Assembly: GCA_965213685.1 (NCBI GenBank)
Contig: CBDBZY010000012.1
Coordinates: 32,001-96,000 of the forward strand
DNA length: 64,000 bases
Direction: 5' to 3'
Source of the DNA: a bacterium
GTDB taxonomy: Bacteria; UBA8248
The notes beneath the pieces are model-generated. The model saw only the letters and a program-made list of their open reading frames with translations. It was not told where the DNA came from and searched no databases. The position numbers and the translations under genes are program-made. Shown one piece after another: positions 40,936 through 50,542 of this stretch (position 1 is its first letter; each line of letters opens with the position of its first letter).

Positions 40936-41100
40936 CTACTTTTTCTTGGGAGCGCAAGGATTCTGGGGAGCGCAAGGGTTCTCGGCGGCTGCGCCGGAAT
41001 CCTTGGCTGCACCGCCGGCGTCCTTGGCCGCCTCCGCAAGGGAGTAGCCGCTGACAGCGAAACTCAGAGCGATGGCGAGAACGAGGAGTTGCTTTTTCAT
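40936..41100 (-). CDS. 54-aa secreted peptide with NPCAP repeats (absent from the ORF track)
   Basis: MKKQLLVLAIALSFAVSGYSLAEAAKDAGGAAKDSGAAAENPCAPQNPCAPKKK; GGGAGA RBS, signal peptide, own promoter. Confidence 0.8.
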   Translation of the reverse strand: MKKQLLVLAIALSFAVSGYSLAEAAKDAGGAAKDSGAAAENPCAPQNPCAPKKK

Positions 41101-41142
41101 GGTCTTTCTCCCTGGTTAGGGTGAATAAAATGGAGTAGAAAA

Positions 41143-41202
41143 ATTATAGCAAAAAGACGCGGGAGATGAATAAAAAAATGGTAAAGAAATCGTAAAGAAA
41201 AT
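41143..41202 (-). promoter_or_regulatory. Extended -10 promoter with 11-bp-period direct repeats (OmpR-family-type operator)
   Basis: Minus-strand TGCTATAAT at 41151-41143; plus-strand ATAAAAAAATG / GTAAAGAAATC / GTAAAGAAAAT at 41170-41202. Confidence 0.65.
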
Positions 41203-41217
41203 TGCTTTTTCTCGGAG

Positions 41218-42282
41218 CTAGACGGGCAGTGCGAACCAGATGTGGATGCGCCCCGCATCGTAGGCGGCGCCCACTTCTCCGCCGTGCGCCTCGATGAGGC
41301 CCTTCACTATCGCCAGGCCGATGCCCGCGCCTCCGCTTTCTCGGGAACGGGATTTCTCCATGCGGTAGAATCGCTCGAAAATGAGGTTGACGTCCTCGCT
41401 GGACACCTCCTCGCAGGTGTTGGAAAAAAGCATCCTGGCCTGATGCGCGTCCCCCTCCGCCCGGATGCGAAAATCCCCGTGGGCGGGCGTGTATTGCCAT
41501 GCGTTCTGGATGAGGTTCCCGAGCGCCTGGAGAATCTTGTCCCTGTCCGCCAGCACCTCGGGGAGGTCATCGTCCAAATCCGCGCTCACCCGTATGTCCC
41601 TGGCCTCGAAATCATGCCGGTGGAGAGACAAAACCCGCCGCACCAGATGCGGCAGGCGAATCTTCTCCCGCTGGAGATAGGCCTTGGCGGCCTCGGCCCG
41701 GGTGAGTTGCTGAAAATCCTGCGCCAGGCGCACGAGCCGCAGAATTTCCTCCTCCAGCACGCGGAACGTCTCTTCCGTGGGCGGGATGACGCCGTCGGCC
41801 AGGCCTTCGAGGTAGCCGCGAATCGTGGTGAGCGGGGTTCTCAGCTCATGGGCGATGTCCACCAGCATGGTTTTCCGGAGGGTTTCCATTCTTTCCAGGC
41901 TGTCGGCCATCTGGTTGAACGTCAAGCCGAACTCGCCGACTTCGTCTTTCGACGCAATGTCCGCGCGCGCGGTGAAATCGCCTTGCGATACTTTTCTGGA
42001 GACATCCGCCATCGCCGAGAGCGGGCGCAGCACCCTTCTCGTCAGGAAGAAACTCAAGATCACCGCCACCGCCAGGGCGAGCAGGCTCGCCTTGATGATG
42101 TAGCGGTGCACGGCGTCCAGGAACATCTGGTGCGTGTCCGTGGGCGAGATGTGGTATTTGTGCATGAGGGTGGAGAAGTAATCGGCCGCCAGGAAATCGA
42201 TCGCCAGCCAGACGACCAGAATGACCAGCCCGATAACGGGCACGTTGATGGCCAGCAGCTTCCAGAGCAGGCGGCTTCTCAC
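41218..42282 (-). CDS. HAMP-domain sensor histidine kinase (BaeS-like)
   Basis: Two TM helices, HAMP domain, DIAHELRTPL H-box, NLIQNA, IFERFYR, GAGIGLAIV. Confidence 0.92.
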   Translation of the reverse strand: MRSRLLWKLLAINVPVIGLVILVVWLAIDFLAADYFSTLMHKYHISPTDTHQMFLDAVHRYIIKASLLALAVAVILSFFLTRRVLRPLSAMADVSRKVSQGDFTARADIASKDEVGEFGLTFNQMADSLERMETLRKTMLVDIAHELRTPLTTIRGYLEGLADGVIPPTEETFRVLEEEILRLVRLAQDFQQLTRAEAAKAYLQREKIRLPHLVRRVLSLHRHDFEARDIRVSADLDDDLPEVLADRDKILQALGNLIQNAWQYTPAHGDFRIRAEGDAHQARMLFSNTCEEVSSEDVNLIFERFYRMEKSRSRESGGAGIGLAIVKGLIEAHGGEVGAAYDAGRIHIWFALPV

Positions 42283-42283
42283 C

Positions 42284-42997
42284 TTATCGAACCGGGTGAT
42301 TTTCCGCTTCGGCGAAACGATACCCCACGCCGCGCACCGTGAGGATGAGGCGGGGGTTGGCGGGGTCGCGCTCGATTTTTTGCCTGAGTTTTCCGATGTG
42401 CACATCCACCACGCGGTGGACCACGGCGTTGGCCGTCCGGTAGAGCCTGGCGAGCAGCTCGTTGCGTGAGAAGACGCGCCCGGGCGCGCTCATCAGCGTT
42501 TGCAGAAGCAGGTATTCCGAGGGGGTGAGCGATATGGTCTCGCCGTCCCGGGTGAGCTTGCGCTTTCCGGGCTCCAGGAGCAGGTTGCCGAAGGCGAGGT
42601 CTGTCTCCTTGTCCAGGGGAGCGCGCTTCGCGCGTCGGAGTATGGCCTTGACGCGCTCGATGAGTTCTCTCGGACTGAAGGGCTTGATGACGTAATCGTC
42701 AGCACCCAGCGAGAAGCCCAGAAGCCTGTCCGCCTCCTCCTCCCTGGCCGTGAGGATGAGGATGGGCACGTCGGATTCGCCCCGAAGCTTCCGGCACACC
42801 TCCCGGCCGTCCATGGTCGGGAGCATGAGGTCGAGAACGACGAAAATCGGCCCATGGCGGCGGCTCAGCTCGACGGCCCGCTCCCCGTCATGGGCGATGA
42901 TGGCCTCGAAGCCCTCCCGGTTCAGATACTCCTCGATGAGCGACGCGATGTTTTTCTCGTCCTCCACGATGAGAACGGGGCCTTTCCCTCCCGTCAT
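42284..42997 (-). CDS. OmpR-family response regulator
   Basis: IVEDE, LDLMLP, GADDYVIKPFSPREL, TVRGVGYRF. Confidence 0.94.
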   Translation of the reverse strand: MTGGKGPVLIVEDEKNIASLIEEYLNREGFEAIIAHDGERAVELSRRHGPIFVVLDLMLPTMDGREVCRKLRGESDVPILILTAREEEADRLLGFSLGADDYVIKPFSPRELIERVKAILRRAKRAPLDKETDLAFGNLLLEPGKRKLTRDGETISLTPSEYLLLQTLMSAPGRVFSRNELLARLYRTANAVVHRVVDVHIGKLRQKIERDPANPRLILTVRGVGYRFAEAENHPVR

Positions 42998-43154
42998 CTC
43001 GCGTCCCCGCACCGGAGCCGGATCCTTAGCGCCGCCCGTGAGGCGGAATCGGGGTTCGCCGGAGATTCTCTTTTCCCTCGGGGGGCGGATGGGGCGCGGA
43101 GCGGGGCCCCTCCCCCGGACGCTCGCCGCGCCCTTGCCCGAACGTCCGCATCGC

Positions 43155-44045
43155 TCATCCCTCCAGGCCCATCAGGCGGGCGGGGTTTCGTTGCACCATC
43201 CAGCGAATCTCGTCTTCCCCGAACCCCAGCCGAAGCATCGTGGCGATGAACATGCGGAGCATCTCCGTCGGCGGGGGGTTGAGGTCGAGTTGCGCGTCCG
43301 TGCTCATCACGCATCGCTCCGGGCCGAGTGCGCGCGCGGTTTCCGCGACTTTTCGCGGGTCGAGGTCGCGCCACATCGGGAAGGCGGATATCCACGTGAA
43401 CTCGACGATGTAGCCCAGGTCCGCCACCTCCCGCAGCTGCGCCTCGCTCGCGTGGACGATGAAGATGATCGGGTGGGTGTAGATGAATTTCTCCACCCCG
43501 ATCTCCCTGGCCCGCCGCGCGAGGGCGACGCCCTCGTCCGCCGAGAGGTGGCCGGTGGCCACGGCTACGTCGGCGTCCCGGGCGATCTCCAGGATCGCCT
43601 CGGCCTCGGGCGATATTCCGCCGTCCCCGTCCAGGACGGTGAGGCCCTGCGCGGGCGGGGGCTGGCGATAGGCTTCGGCGATGCGCTTGCTGTAGGCGCC
43701 AACCCGGATGTCGTTCGCCGCAGAGTAGGTGGGCATCCAGATGACCTTGGCCCCCAGGCGCACCGCGCTTTCCGCCGCGAAGGGCGAAAGCCCGCCCACG
43801 TTGGCGTTCAGGGTGATGGAGCCGAAGGCGGTGACGCCCGGATACACCTCGTTCAGGACTCTGGCCTGGGCGAAGGTGGGCCACAGATGGCTCTTCATCA
43901 CGAAGCCCCGCATCCCGACGTCGCGCGCGAGCTCGGCCCATTCATGATCCAGCACGCGCCCGGGCTCCTCCACGAATACCTGGGGGAATATGTGGGCGTG
44001 GACGTCGATGGCGCCCTCGAGAAGGTCATCCGCCTGGGTGCGCAT
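43155..44045 (-). CDS. Amidohydrolase/PHP-fold metalloprotein (DUF6282-like)
   Basis: IDVHAH, MKSH, WMPT, ATGH, THP, STD metal-ligand pattern. Confidence 0.7.
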   Translation of the reverse strand: MRTQADDLLEGAIDVHAHIFPQVFVEEPGRVLDHEWAELARDVGMRGFVMKSHLWPTFAQARVLNEVYPGVTAFGSITLNANVGGLSPFAAESAVRLGAKVIWMPTYSAANDIRVGAYSKRIAEAYRQPPPAQGLTVLDGDGGISPEAEAILEIARDADVAVATGHLSADEGVALARRAREIGVEKFIYTHPIIFIVHASEAQLREVADLGYIVEFTWISAFPMWRDLDPRKVAETARALGPERCVMSTDAQLDLNPPPTEMLRMFIATMLRLGFGEDEIRWMVQRNPARLMGLEG

Positions 44046-44214
44046 GGGGGCAAGCCCTCCGCATGGTGGATAGAGAATGGTGGGGAATCATCCCGAAAAC
44101 GCATCATGCGGGATGAGAGGGCGCCGGGCAAGCCGGTTTTCTCCAAACCTTCCGGGTGATATTCTTTCCTCCCCGTGACGCGAGAGGCGATTTCACGCGA
44201 GGAGGACATCCCCC

Positions 44215-45345
44215 ATGCCCCAAAGCCAGAGCATCGGAACGCCGGTGCGCGAAATCGAAACGCCCGCCTTGATGATCGATCTCGACGTCATGGAGGAGAA
44301 CCTCGCCTTGATGGCCACGCGCTTGCAGGGGAGCGGCGCCAGGCTCCGCGCCCACGCCAAGACGCACAAGAGTCCTTGGATAGCGAGAAAGCAGATGGAA
44401 CTCGGCGCGGTGGGCGTGTGTTGCCAGAAGGTGAGCGAGGCGGAGGTGATGATAGCGGGCGGGGTGGAGAACGTGCTCGTGAGCAGCGAGGTGACCGCCG
44501 CATCCAAGCTCAGGCGCCTGGCCGCGCTCACGCGCCACGCCGAGTTGATGGTGGTGGTGGACCATCCCCGGGGGGTGGAGATGCTCTCCGAGGCGATGGC
44601 GGCGGCGGGAGCGACAATCGACGTGCTTGTCGATGTGGACGTGGGCCAGGGGCGGTGCGGCGTGGCGCCGGGCGCGGCGGCGGTGGAACTGGCCAGGCTC
44701 GTGGACAGGACGCGGGGGCTTGCCTTGCGGGGGATTCAGGCCTACCAGGGCGCGGCCCAGCACGTGGATGGATTCATCGAGCGGCGCGAGGCGTATGGCG
44801 AGGCGATAGCGCTCATGCGGGAGACCATCACCGCGTTCGACGCCGCGGGCCTTCCGGCGGAGGTCAGGAGCGGCGGCGGCACGGGCTCCTGGCGCTGGGA
44901 TGCGGAATCAGGCGCGCTGAACGAGCTGCAGGCGGGCAGCTATCTTTTCATGGATTCCCACTATTGCGGCATCGGGGGGGAGGGTTCGGAAACCTATGAC
45001 GATTTCCGGCCCAGCCTCTTCGTGCTGACGACCGTGGTGAGCGCGCCCGCGCCGGGTCGCGTGATCATGGACGCCGGCCACAAGGCGCTTGCCTCCGACA
45101 GCGGGCTGGCCCCTTGTCTCGAACTCGAGGGCACCACGCACGCGAGAGCCTCCGACGAGCATGGCGTCCTGGAGCTCTCCGCCTCCTCCAGGCGCCCGGA
45201 AATTGGCGAGACGCTCCTGTTCCAGCCCAGCCACTGCGACCCGACGATCAACCTCTATGACGTCTACCACGGGATTCGCGGAGGCATGGAGGAGGGCGTT
45301 CTCGAGGCGGTGGTTCCCGTGGCGGCGCGCGGCTGCGTCTGGTAA
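44215..45345 (+). CDS. DSD1-family PLP enzyme (D-threonine aldolase/D-serine dehydratase-like)
   Basis: RAHAKTHK, SGGGTG, ELQAGSYLFMD, DEHG, PSHCDPTINL. Confidence 0.9.
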   Translation: MPQSQSIGTPVREIETPALMIDLDVMEENLALMATRLQGSGARLRAHAKTHKSPWIARKQMELGAVGVCCQKVSEAEVMIAGGVENVLVSSEVTAASKLRRLAALTRHAELMVVVDHPRGVEMLSEAMAAAGATIDVLVDVDVGQGRCGVAPGAAAVELARLVDRTRGLALRGIQAYQGAAQHVDGFIERREAYGEAIALMRETITAFDAAGLPAEVRSGGGTGSWRWDAESGALNELQAGSYLFMDSHYCGIGGEGSETYDDFRPSLFVLTTVVSAPAPGRVIMDAGHKALASDSGLAPCLELEGTTHARASDEHGVLELSASSRRPEIGETLLFQPSHCDPTINLYDVYHGIRGGMEEGVLEAVVPVAARGCVW

Positions 45346-45376
45346 GGGAGGCCGCGCCTCCCGCCCATGCGCGCCC

Positions 45377-45901
45377 TTATGCGGGTTTCCCGAACGTGGC
45401 GACCCGATCCACGCGGCACTCGAACAGGACGCGCTTCTCGTCGATCACGGGGTCCCGGAGCGCATAGGGCGGGTCCTGGCCCGTGTATTTCGTCCAGATG
45501 CGGTCGAGTTGCGCGCCAGCCTTCTCGCCCCCCGGCCCGTCCTCCCGTATCTCGTTGACCACCGTGCACTTGATGCTCATCCAGTGGTAGGGGTTCTCGG
45601 GGTTCACGAGCAGGATCGTCAGCTGCGGATTTTTCCGTATCCACCCGCATTTCGCCCGGTGTGCCGCCGTGTTCACCAGAATCGTGTCGCCCTCGTAGTC
45701 GAACCACATGGGCGTCATGTTCACCCGCCCGTCCGGGCCGATGAGTCCCAGCGTAACCGTGATCGGCATGTCCAGCAGCTGTTTGTAGATGGGGTCCAGG
45801 TCCGCCAGGCCGCCGGCCCTCCTCCTCTCGCCCACGGCGAACTGGCCTTCCTGCAGTCCCTCGGACACGTCCCGGAAATGGGCAACGGTGAATCCCGCCA
45901 T
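45377..45901 (-). CDS. Pyridoxamine 5'-phosphate oxidase-like (PPOX class) protein
   Basis: TPMWF, VNTA..RAK, NPENPYHW, EKRVLF. Confidence 0.75.
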   Translation of the reverse strand: MAGFTVAHFRDVSEGLQEGQFAVGERRRAGGLADLDPIYKQLLDMPITVTLGLIGPDGRVNMTPMWFDYEGDTILVNTAAHRAKCGWIRKNPQLTILLVNPENPYHWMSIKCTVVNEIREDGPGGEKAGAQLDRIWTKYTGQDPPYALRDPVIDEKRVLFECRVDRVATFGKPA

Positions 45902-46005
45902 CGCGCGCTTCCTCCTGAAAAAAGAAAAGGGTTGCGTCAGACGCTAGCAAAGGGGGCGCGGCGTGGCAAGGGAGGCCGCACATCCGTCTATCCCGCCACG
46001 CCTCT

Positions 46006-46824
46006 CTATCTTCTCTTCCTGGGTTTCGCGTTGATGAAGGCTTCCCGAACGTAGCGGACGACCGACCAGATTTTCCTGTCGTCCAGCAGGTGGCCATACG
46101 CCTGCATATCGTCGTATTTTTTCACCTCGGTGGCGTCGATGCGACCGAGCCGGATGAGCCAGAACAGGAACGCATCGTCAAAGCGCGCCATCTGCTCCTT
46201 GCGCAGATAGTTCATCGGCGGCGGCTGAATGTGGCTGACGAATGGCTGGCCCGGGTCCTGGTCCTCGACCGGCCGGGGCCCGTTTCCCGCCCCCTTCTTG
46301 CCGTGGCAGGGGGAGCAGGCGTCCAGAAAGATTTCTCTCGTCTCCTCCGCATCCTGCGCCTGCTCTCCGCTCGTGAAGCCGCGCGCCCACTGGATGAGCC
46401 GCCGAATCTGCCCATCCTCCAGCGCCTCGCCGAACGAGGGCATGGCCGTGGGAACGCCGTTTTGTACCTTGTGGCCCTTCATCGTGTTTTTCAGGACGTT
46501 CATCTTGCCGAATTTCACGATGGCGAAGATGTAGTCATCCGTCATGCGCTTCATGTAGGGGCTGGTGAATATCTGCGGCCTCGGTCTCGTGGTTCGCCAT
46601 TTCGGGCCTTTTCCGTCGCCTTTGACCCCGTGGCAGGAGAAGCAGATTTCTTCGTATATTTCCTTGCCCAGCCAGTAGTCCCCGCCGTGAAGTTTCGCCG
46701 TCTCCGGCTGGGGGGGCACTCTCCGTGCCGCGGAGGCGGCGGGTGCGGCGAGGCTCCACGCGAGCACCAGGACGATCCAGAAGCGTCTTCTCGTTGCGCT
46801 CCGCACGATTCCGTTCTCTCTCAT
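46006..46824 (-). CDS. Exported di-heme c-type cytochrome
   Basis: Signal peptide; CFSCHG..GDG and CSPCHG..GAG; distal Met candidates AMPSF and DMQAY. Confidence 0.88.
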   Translation of the reverse strand: MRENGIVRSATRRRFWIVLVLAWSLAAPAASAARRVPPQPETAKLHGGDYWLGKEIYEEICFSCHGVKGDGKGPKWRTTRPRPQIFTSPYMKRMTDDYIFAIVKFGKMNVLKNTMKGHKVQNGVPTAMPSFGEALEDGQIRRLIQWARGFTSGEQAQDAEETREIFLDACSPCHGKKGAGNGPRPVEDQDPGQPFVSHIQPPPMNYLRKEQMARFDDAFLFWLIRLGRIDATEVKKYDDMQAYGHLLDDRKIWSVVRYVREAFINAKPRKRR

Positions 46825-46920
46825 CGGTCTGGACTTCCGGCGTCGCCCGCCTGGGGTTTTTTCGGGTTTTTCGCGCGCGCGGGCGTTTCTCGCCCCGGGG
46901 AGTCTATCAGCATCCGGCCG

Positions 46921-47343
46921 CTAGGGGAGCAGGCGCATCCCCAGAAAAGAGACGAACAGGGAGACGAAGATGGCGAGAAATCCGCAATACGAGTGAATTT
47001 GCCGCAGGTCGTCGTTTCGCAGGTCTTTTTTCAGCCGCCGGCCCAGATAGGCCGTCCCCCACAAAAGGCCCAGGGCCAGGGTGGCGAAATAGCTGTGGGC
47101 CGTCTCGTAGACGGGCGATTCGAGGGCGAAGCGCATGCCGCCTAGGCCGAGGGCGTAGCCGGCGGAAAAAAAAGCGGTGAGCCATCGTCCGCTCCGCATG
47201 TGCAGCCGGGCGATTCGCGCCGTCTCGGACCCCGCGCGCCCCCTTCGGCTCCGCCGGACCCGCAATCCGTTCGCCAGAACGAAGAGACCGAGGGAGAGCG
47301 TGGCGATTTGAAGCGCCGGATGAATGTACGCCCCGAAATTCAT
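46921..47343 (-). CDS. Small membrane protein with spaced His residues (DUF4079/cytochrome b561-like)
   Basis: Four hydrophobic segments; HP, LH, TAH and IH residues; G..LLP C-terminus. Confidence 0.6.
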   Translation of the reverse strand: MNFGAYIHPALQIATLSLGLFVLANGLRVRRSRRGRAGSETARIARLHMRSGRWLTAFFSAGYALGLGGMRFALESPVYETAHSYFATLALGLLWGTAYLGRRLKKDLRNDDLRQIHSYCGFLAIFVSLFVSFLGMRLLP

Positions 47344-47476
47344 GCGCCGCCGTTTCGGAAAATGTGGACGGGATGCGCGCCCCTCCCCGCCATGGGTATG
47401 TACCTTGTCGGGGGGCGGGACGCAAATCTATAATGGGGAGACGCGAGCCGGGCCGTCCGTTTTTCCTGGAGGGACG

Positions 47477-48271
47477 ATGAACATAGAGGATGTGCGCGCC
47501 ATCGCGCGCGGCAGCAGGGTGTTCGACCTGGGCGTTGAGCTTTTCCCGGGGATGCCCCATGTCCCGCTCCATGGCCCGTTCGGCTATTCCATGATCCGAG
47601 AACACGGCGATTTCATGTACGCGGGCGGGGCCTGCTCCGCCGTGGACACGTTTTTCTGCACCGGCCACACGGGCACGCACATCGACGCACTCGGCCATAT
47701 CGCCCAGGACATGAAGCTCCACGGCGGCGTGGACGCAGCCGCCTCCCAGAGCAAGACGGGGGGGCTGAAGACCCACGGCGTCGAGAGCGTGGCGCCCGTG
47801 GTGCGGCGCGGCGTGATGCTCGACATGGCGGCGCACCTCCGCAAGGACGTGCTCGAGGCGGGGCGTCCCGTCACGAGGGAGGAGCTCGAGGCGGCCGCCG
47901 CCGCCCAGGGGGTCCGGATTGAGGCGGGCGACGTCGTCCTGGTGCGCACCGCGCATATGCGCCACTGGCCGGGCCGGAATTATTATTTTCAAAAGGGGGG
48001 CGTGCCCGGAATCGACCTGGGCGCGGCGAGGTGGCTCTCCGAGCAGGGCGTCTTCATGGTCGGAGGCGACACCTTCGCGGTCGAGGTTCTGCCCGCCCCC
48101 TCCCTGCCGGTGCACTGCCACATGCTCGTGGAGAGGGGAATCCACCTGCTCGAGGTGGCGGTGCTGGAGGAGTTGAGCGCGTCGCGGACGTATGAGTTTC
48201 TCTTTCTCTGCCTGCCGCTCAAGATACGCGGCGGCACCGGCTCGCCCGTTCGCCCCGTGGCCATCCTGTAG
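47477..48271 (+). CDS. Cyclase family protein (kynurenine formamidase-like metal hydrolase)
   Basis: HTGTHIDALGH, GDVVLVRT, GGTGSPVRPVA. Confidence 0.9.
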   Translation: MNIEDVRAIARGSRVFDLGVELFPGMPHVPLHGPFGYSMIREHGDFMYAGGACSAVDTFFCTGHTGTHIDALGHIAQDMKLHGGVDAAASQSKTGGLKTHGVESVAPVVRRGVMLDMAAHLRKDVLEAGRPVTREELEAAAAAQGVRIEAGDVVLVRTAHMRHWPGRNYYFQKGGVPGIDLGAARWLSEQGVFMVGGDTFAVEVLPAPSLPVHCHMLVERGIHLLEVAVLEELSASRTYEFLFLCLPLKIRGGTGSPVRPVAIL

Positions 48272-48302
48272 GAACGTCCCCTTCCCGTTTTGGTGAGGCG
48301 TC

Positions 48303-49553
48303 ATGCCCCGCGTGCTGGAGGACAAGGCGAAAGCGCTTCTGGGCGATGCGGGCGTTCCCGTTCCCCGCGGCCGCTCTGCGCGTACGCCCGCCGAGGCGGA
48401 GAAGGCGGCGCGCGCGGTGGGCCGTCCCGTCATGGTGAAGGCGCTGATCCCCGCGGGAAAGCGCGGCAAGGCGGGGGCGATCCTCCCGGCGGACACGCCC
48501 GATGACGCACGGGGGGCGGCCCGGAAACTGCTGGGCGGCGTGGTGCATCATTTCCCCGTCCGGCGCGTTTTGGTGGAGGAGAGGATAGGGATCGCCCAGG
48601 AGTGGTATCTCTCGATCTCCTTCGACAGCGCGTCGCGCGGGCCGATCGTCATGTTCAGCGCGGAGGGCGGCGTGGAGGTTGAGACGATTCTGGAGCAAAG
48701 CCCCGGCGCGCTGAAGCGGCTGGAGGTCGATGTGCTGGAGGGGCTGAGCGAGGAGGCGTGCATCTCTTTTCTGCGCGCCTGCGGGGTGCACGGGGAGGCG
48801 CTGTTCCGGGCGGCGCCCATCGTCCAGGCCTGCTACGCGCTTTTTTGCCGCACCGAAGCGCGGCTCCTGGAGGTCAACCCGCTCGTCATGAGCGATGGGG
48901 AGAAGGTTCTCGCCGCCGCGTGCGTCCTCGATCTGGACGCGGACGCCCTGTTTCGGCACCCCAACCTCGGAGCGCTGCTCGACGATGGGGGTTCCGGGGA
49001 CGGCTGGCGTCCGCCCACCCCGCTGGAGGCGCGGATCGCCGGCATCGACGCCCGGGTGCCGCCGCTGGGCACGACGCGCTTCCGGGAAATCGACGGCGGG
49101 GAGATCGCCCTGCTCTGGAGCGGGGGCGGGGGCGGCCTGTATCTCCTCGATACGATGGCGCGCCTGGGCGGGAAGCCGGCGACGGCCTTTGACATTACGC
49201 CGGGCCCTCTGGAGGAGAAGTATTTCCGGATCGCCAAAGAGATTCTGCGGATGCCGCACCTCAGGGGGGCGCTCGCGGGGAGCAACATCACGAGTTTCTC
49301 GCGCGTGCAGCTCAAGGTGCGCGCCATCGTCCGGGCGGTGGAGGAGACGGGGGTCGACCTCGCCCGATTCCCCTTCGTCGTCCGCTTCGCGGGCGCGGGC
49401 GGGGAGGAGGCCAGGCGGATCGCCCGGACGTGCCCGGGCCTGCAGTATCTGGGCGCGGAGGCGACGCTCGAGGAGGCGGCCGAGCGCATCGTCGCCCAGG
49501 TCGAGGCGGTGAAGCGCGGAGAGTCCTGGGCGGACGCGGGAGGTGCGCGTTGA
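48303..49553 (+). CDS. ADP-forming acyl-CoA ligase beta subunit (SucC-like, divergent)
   Basis: ATP-grasp motifs GKRGKAG, EGGVEVE, LEVNPL, LDADALFRH; SGGGGGL where SucC has NGAGL. Confidence 0.8.
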   Translation: MPRVLEDKAKALLGDAGVPVPRGRSARTPAEAEKAARAVGRPVMVKALIPAGKRGKAGAILPADTPDDARGAARKLLGGVVHHFPVRRVLVEERIGIAQEWYLSISFDSASRGPIVMFSAEGGVEVETILEQSPGALKRLEVDVLEGLSEEACISFLRACGVHGEALFRAAPIVQACYALFCRTEARLLEVNPLVMSDGEKVLAAACVLDLDADALFRHPNLGALLDDGGSGDGWRPPTPLEARIAGIDARVPPLGTTRFREIDGGEIALLWSGGGGGLYLLDTMARLGGKPATAFDITPGPLEEKYFRIAKEILRMPHLRGALAGSNITSFSRVQLKVRAIVRAVEETGVDLARFPFVVRFAGAGGEEARRIARTCPGLQYLGAEATLEEAAERIVAQVEAVKRGESWADAGGAR

Positions 49554-50452
49554 GCATCCTGATCGACGAGAGCAGCCGCGTCGTCGTGGCCGGCATCACC
49601 GGCTGGCAGGCGCGCGCCCACACCGGTTTCATGCGGAAATACGGCACCCGGGTGGTGGCCGGCGTGGTGCCGGGGCGCGCCGGCGAGGATTGCGACGGCG
49701 TGCCTGTCTACGGCTCGTTCGCCTCCGCGATGGGCGCGCATCCCGCGGACGCCGCCGTCTTGTTCGTGCCCGCCGTCGCGGCGGCGGATTCGGCCATCGA
49801 GGCGGTCAGGGCGGGCGTTCCCCTGGTGCTCGTGTGCGCCGAGGGCCTGCCCCGACACGACGTGGCGCGGATGATCGCCCACGCCCGGCGCGCGGGTGCC
49901 CGTCTGGTGGGTCCCAACAGCCAGGGCGTCATCAGTCCCGGGCGCGCGAAGATGGGAGGCACCGGCGGCGATTTGCCCATCACGAATCTCCTGTTTCAAA
50001 GGGGGCCGGTGGGCGTGTTGAGCAGAAGCGGGGGGATGGGCAGCGAGACCTGCTGGCTTCTGAGCCGCGAGGGAATCGGCCAGAGCACCTATGTGAGCGT
50101 GGGCGGGGACGCGATGGTGGGCGCCCCGTTTTCGGAACTCCTCCCCTTGTTTGCGGAGGATCCCGAGACGGAGTGCGTCGTTTTGTTCGGCGAGCCGGGC
50201 TCGTCCGCCGAGGAGGAGGCGGCGCGCCTGATAGGAGAGGGCGGGTTCACGAAGCCGGCGGTCGCCTTCATCGCGGGGATGATTCACGAGTCCGCCCCGC
50301 GCGGGGTGAGCTTCGGCCACGCGGCGGCCATCATCGAGCGGGGCGAGGGTTCGCCGGCGCGAAAAAAGGCGCTGCTCGCAGAGGCGGGCGTCGCCGTGGT
50401 CGACGACATGCGCGAGATTCCGGCCGCCGTGCGGGACGCCATGGCCTGCTAG
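49550..50452 (+). CDS. ADP-forming acyl-CoA ligase alpha subunit (SucD-like)
   Basis: TTG start overlapping the upstream stop; GITG, GPNSQG, SRSGG, FGHAAA with the phospho-His. Confidence 0.85.
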   Translation: MSILIDESSRVVVAGITGWQARAHTGFMRKYGTRVVAGVVPGRAGEDCDGVPVYGSFASAMGAHPADAAVLFVPAVAAADSAIEAVRAGVPLVLVCAEGLPRHDVARMIAHARRAGARLVGPNSQGVISPGRAKMGGTGGDLPITNLLFQRGPVGVLSRSGGMGSETCWLLSREGIGQSTYVSVGGDAMVGAPFSELLPLFAEDPETECVVLFGEPGSSAEEEAARLIGEGGFTKPAVAFIAGMIHESAPRGVSFGHAAAIIERGEGSPARKKALLAEAGVAVVDDMREIPAAVRDAMAC

Positions 50453-50542
50453 ATTTTCTCCCCCCCAGCTGATAATCCTGTCCGGAATTTCCGCGCAACC
50501 GGACGGTTCGGTGTTGTATCCATCTCTCGGGACAAGGAGATA

